From NCBI GenBank assembly GCA_963664395.2, contig OY761159.2:3616001-3680000 (forward strand): a DNA stretch of 64,000 nucleotides, read 5' to 3'. Made by a program: the position numbers and the translations under genes. Under the pieces are notes generated by a model. The model was not told where the DNA came from. It saw only the letters and a program-made list of their open reading frames with translations, and did not search any database. Below, in pieces: positions 60,640 through 64,000 of the stretch. How positions within the stretch are numbered: position 1 is the first letter of the stretch; every line of letters begins with the position of its first letter. Source of the stretch: Candidatus Binatia bacterium (GTDB lineage: Bacteria; Desulfobacterota; Binatia; Bin18).

Positions 60640-61935
60640 ATGTCTTCGGTACCAAGCTCGCTCAAAATTGAAAGGCTATCCTACGGCCCGGCCGGCATTG
60701 GCCGGCTTGACGGCAAGGTGGTTTTTGTCCCCGGCACGGTGCCCGGTGATACGGTTGAGGTCGTGATTGAGGAAGACAAAAAGGCCTACGCCGTTGCCCG
60801 TCTTGTCTCCGTAGAGCGGCCATCAGCGCAGCGGCGGCAAGCTCCGTGTCCGTATATTCCGCGCTGCGGTGGTTGCCCGTGGCAGCATGTGACCTACGCC
60901 GAACAACTCCGGGCCAAGGAAGCGCTGGTCCGCGAGCATATGCGGCGTATTGGAGGCGTGGCGGACCCGCCCGTACTCCCGATTATTCCCAGCCCGCACG
61001 AGTGGCGCTATCGCCATCGTATCCGCCTGCGGACCGAACCGCCGGCCCGCCTCGGCTTTTATCAGTCCCGGTCGCACGAGTTAGTAGAACTCGGGGATTG
61101 TCTCATTGCCGGGGAGGACTGTGCAACCCACTTGGCGCGCGCGCGTGATTGGCTGACCCGATTGCGGACTATCGTACGACGGGTCGAGCTGATCACGCCT
61201 GACCCTCCCCAGGCTTCGGCCGGGGGGGTGGTCCTGATGGGGAACGCAGAAGGTCCGTTTCAGACCGTGGATGCGGCGGGGTGTGCGGCTTTTGTCAGTG
61301 CGCACGACGATGTTGCCGGGCTGGTTCTCTTCGGGCGCGGTTGGCGTCGCACGTGGGGCGAGACCCGCATTGTGTTGGACCTGGGCGTTGACGGCCTGGT
61401 CCTGGAGGTGAAGCGGGGCGGGTTTACGCAAGTCAACCCCGCCGGCAACCGCGTTTTGATCGCAACCCTTCTCCGGCTAGGCGGTTTTGATAAGTCACAA
61501 AAAGTGATCGAATGTCATATGGGCGCCGGAAATCTGAGTTTGCCGATCGCCGGGCGGGTCAGGACACTCATCGGCGTAGAACAAGACCAGGGGGCGATTA
61601 CTGATGCCCGGGAGAATGTTGCCCGGACGGGGCTGGACAATGTGACCTTCGTGCACGCCTCGGCCCGGGTCGGACTCCGAACATTAGCGCAACGCAAGGT
61701 GCAGGCTGACGTCCTGGTATTGGATCCGCCCCGGGCGGGGGCCGCCGATAGCCTTGACGACATCCCTCGACTGAAGATTCACAAGGTTGTCTACGTCTCG
61801 TGTGACCCCACGACATTAGCCCGTGATATGCGTCGCCTGGGTCAATTCGGATACCGGGTTGAGTGTCTCCAACCCATTGACCTTTTCCCCCATACCTATC
61901 ACGTTGAAACAATCGCGGTTGCTGTATTGACTTGA
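60640..61935 (+). CDS. rlmD: 23S rRNA m5U methyltransferase (RlmD/TrmA family, TRAM domain)
   Basis: CPYIPRCGGC, FTQVN, LDPPRAG, YVSCDP, DLFPHTYHVE. Confidence 0.85.
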   Translation: MSSVPSSLKIERLSYGPAGIGRLDGKVVFVPGTVPGDTVEVVIEEDKKAYAVARLVSVERPSAQRRQAPCPYIPRCGGCPWQHVTYAEQLRAKEALVREHMRRIGGVADPPVLPIIPSPHEWRYRHRIRLRTEPPARLGFYQSRSHELVELGDCLIAGEDCATHLARARDWLTRLRTIVRRVELITPDPPQASAGGVVLMGNAEGPFQTVDAAGCAAFVSAHDDVAGLVLFGRGWRRTWGETRIVLDLGVDGLVLEVKRGGFTQVNPAGNRVLIATLLRLGGFDKSQKVIECHMGAGNLSLPIAGRVRTLIGVEQDQGAITDARENVARTGLDNVTFVHASARVGLRTLAQRKVQADVLVLDPPRAGAADSLDDIPRLKIHKVVYVSCDPTTLARDMRRLGQFGYRVECLQPIDLFPHTYHVETIAVAVLT

Positions 61936-61955
61936 TGAAAACAGCCTCCTATGTT
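61927..61955 (+). promoter_or_regulatory. Sigma70-like promoter
   Basis: TTGACT-N17-TATGTT. Confidence 0.4.
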
Positions 61956-62008
61956 TCCTACAATATCATCGTGCCGCACCTGGAAAGGCGCTTCGGTGGA
62001 GAGACAGC

Positions 62009-62260
62009 ATGTCATCAAATACGCAAGAAAAACCAAGCCCTTCAAAAGTCACGCTGATCCCTGCCAAAGGGGTCTCGCAAACCATCAACTACTTGCTGGA
62101 AGATCGCGATGAGCTTGAATGGCTCGTTGCGATCGGACGCAATAAGCGCGGTGAGATCTTCTTTTATGATACCGGAGGCGATATCATTGAAGATCTCGGC
62201 AGCCTTGACTATCTCAAACAACGCCTGCTGCGCGCGCACTTTGGCGACGAGTGGGAGTAG
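62009..62260 (+). CDS. Hypothetical protein
   Basis: GGAGAG RBS, globular-looking 83-aa ORF. Confidence 0.65.
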   Translation: MSSNTQEKPSPSKVTLIPAKGVSQTINYLLEDRDELEWLVAIGRNKRGEIFFYDTGGDIIEDLGSLDYLKQRLLRAHFGDEWE

Positions 62261-62319
62261 CGGCTTGGTTTGTAGCCTGACCGCGCGCCAGCGGCTGACG
62301 CCTCGACCTGAGCGACGAA

Positions 62320-62697
62320 TTAGTCGCCAGCCTCATCTTCAATCGGCTGACCGGCCAGAATCCGGCCGCCGTCTATGGTGAGAGGAACGCGGGCTAAGAA
62401 TTTTCCGCACGGCGGCCCAAAAACACACTCGCCCGTATCAGGCTCAAAAGCGGCCCCATGCGTTGAGCAGAGGATATACCGGCCCTCTTCAGTCAAGAAC
62501 TGGTTATCGATCCAGTCCATGGTCATGGGTACGTGAGAACAGCGGTTGATGTAGGCAAAGTAATGGCCGTCGTAGTTCAGCAGGAAACACTCGGTTTCTT
62601 GCCCCTCAACTGACAGCATAAACTTTTTGGTCTCTCCAGGCCCGATTTCGCCCATCTGGGCGACGGCGACTGAAGAAGAGGTCTCAGACTGTGACAC
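62320..62697 (-). CDS. Rieske (2Fe-2S) ferredoxin
   Basis: NRCSH...CSTHGA; AGGAGG RBS before GTG. Confidence 0.9.
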   Translation of the reverse strand: MSQSETSSSVAVAQMGEIGPGETKKFMLSVEGQETECFLLNYDGHYFAYINRCSHVPMTMDWIDNQFLTEEGRYILCSTHGAAFEPDTGECVFGPPCGKFLARVPLTIDGGRILAGQPIEDEAGD

Positions 62698-62789
62698 TCG
62701 CGCCTCCTGTAGTATCCGGCTGCATTCCAACGTAGTGTAGCATTGAGACACGGGGAGGGAAATCGACGCATATACGTCTGCCCAGCGCT

Positions 62790-63419
62790 ATGAAAAACGG
62801 GAAACTCCGGGGGCATTTATTCTATTTTCTCGGTGCCGGCTGCGTGCTGACAGTCGGCCTCGGCTGGGCCGCTGACGGCGTTCCCGTGCCACCGCTTGAC
62901 GCTGGTCTTATTGTCCCGCTGCATCCCGTGTGTGTGCATTTTGCCCTTGCTCTGACTATCTTTGGCGTTCTTCTTGACTGCGGCGGGAGTGCTGGCCGGA
63001 ATCATGCCTGGCAACAAGCCGGACGACTGAGCTTTTTTGCCGGTGTTGGTGCGATGGGCGTGGCCGTCATCAGTGGCTGGATCGAACAACAGCTACCCCA
63101 GCCCAATAGTATTTTTGACCCTCAAGTCGAGGAGCTGCTCTGGTACCACGAATATGGGGGCTATATTCTGCTTGGATTTTTTATCATCCTGCTTGTGGCG
63201 CGGCTGTATATTCGCGGGCAGCTTCCACTCCTGTACATCATTCTGGCTGGGATCGGATTAATCGGCCTGACAATCCAGGGATATTGGGGCGGGGACATGG
63301 TCTATCGCTATGGGGCTGGCGTTCGGGCGGTGCAGGTGCTTAGTGAAACAGCGGTGGAATCGTCGGGCAAGCCGATTCAGCCGATTCAGCCGATTCAGCC
63401 GACGACCCACACAAAATAA
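62790..63419 (+). CDS. DUF2231-like membrane protein
   Basis: HPVCVHF, H in TM3, GYWGGDMVYRYGAG. Confidence 0.8.
   Translation: MKNGKLRGHLFYFLGAGCVLTVGLGWAADGVPVPPLDAGLIVPLHPVCVHFALALTIFGVLLDCGGSAGRNHAWQQAGRLSFFAGVGAMGVAVISGWIEQQLPQPNSIFDPQVEELLWYHEYGGYILLGFFIILLVARLYIRGQLPLLYIILAGIGLIGLTIQGYWGGDMVYRYGAGVRAVQVLSETAVESSGKPIQPIQPIQPTTHTK
63370..63402. repeat. 9-bp tandem repeat (AGCCGATTC)x3.7
   Basis: Exact copies encoding PIQ repeats at the C-terminus. Confidence 0.9.
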
Positions 63420-63472
63420 AAACCCCCAGGAGACCCTGCCCTGGGAGTTCTCCACATGCCTGTGAGAAAAGC

Positions 63473-63676
63473 CTATTCGGCTGTTTCTTCGGCCTTAAAG
63501 CCGGCTGCTGTGTGGGTGCCATCGCAGAACGGCTTGTTTGCCGACTGACCGCAGCGGCACAGATAAACGGCATCGTCCTCAAGCGTGTACGGGTTGCGCT
63601 TCTGGTCCGTGACCGTGACTGTACCTTTGACCTCGTACGGCCCGTTTTTGAGCACTCGAATTTTGACCTCTTCCAT
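63473..63676 (-). CDS. CDGSH iron-sulfur domain protein
   Basis: NGPY, LCRCGQSANKPFCDGTH. Confidence 0.92.
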   Translation of the reverse strand: MEEVKIRVLKNGPYEVKGTVTVTDQKRNPYTLEDDAVYLCRCGQSANKPFCDGTHTAAGFKAEETAE

Positions 63677-63807
63677 AAAGTTCCTCCCTCCGAAATAAGG
63701 CTTTCTCTCTCACCTGAACGGAGCGAATTATCGCACACCTCCAGGGGCGTGGCAATGTGACAGACGTTTGCCGAGGATGGTTTTAGTGGAGCTACCCTTA
63801 TCGGGTT

Positions 63808-64000
63808 TCAGTCTGCCTCATCGGGCGATTCGTCTGGACTTGGTGGCGGAAGCGGTTCCCTGGGCAGAGTGAAGGGTGTCAGGTCCATTGAGGGTTGGCC
63901 GGTGGTGATCAGTTCGTAAATCAACTTGCCTGTAATGGGGGCCAGGACAATGCCGTTGCGATGGTGACCGGTAGCCAGAACAACATTGTCGAGGCCGGGG
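63808..64000 (-). CDS. Glycine oxidase/DAO-family protein, 3' end only
   Basis: Manual translation ...PGLDNVVLATGHHRNGIVLAPITGKLI... (ThiO-like). Confidence 0.75.
   Translation of the reverse strand, partial: PGLDNVVLATGHHRNGIVLAPITGKLIYELITTGQPSMDLTPFTLPREPLPPPSPDESPDEAD

Overview
Bacterial chromosomal window, moderately GC-rich. The gene repertoire suggests a Binatia/Deltaproteobacteria-like organism; this is an inference only. From left to right it contains: (i) 1-5.3 kb, an acyl-CoA/lipid catabolic cluster (thiolase-like, F420-type LLM, ACAD, 2 ECH, SDR); (ii) 5.3-26 kb, mixed housekeeping and metabolic genes (coaE, a BPHL-like hydrolase, ferredoxin, ADP-forming acyl-CoA ligase, riboflavin synthase, pcs-like, mltA, core MetE-like, truA); (iii) tRNA-Leu(CAG) and an insertion-rich valS; (iv) a ~13 kb defence island with no integrase between valS and nadC; (v) nadC-birA-coaX, an EF-G paralogue, ilvN-ilvC-psd-pssA, a Leu attenuator, and leuA-leuB; (vi) sigma54-type glnB-glnA, plsY, tRNA-Pro(CGG), rlmD-like, small Fe-S proteins and the 3' end of a thiO-like gene. 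The island holds a RelBE-like TA pair, a 1428-aa NACHT/STAND ATPase with a C-terminal PD-(D/E)xK-like domain, a PLD-SNF2 helicase, an AbrB antitoxin with an internally deleted PIN toxin, an N6-adenine MTase with a compositionally foreign TRD, an orphan DUF2283, a DprA/SLOG-like protein and an orphan antitoxin. The best candidate for an undescribed system is the co-oriented NACHT-nuclease + PLD-SNF2 + MTase + SLOG unit. Exact 9-13 bp tandem duplications recur at gene junctions. All family calls come from motif recognition; no searches were run.
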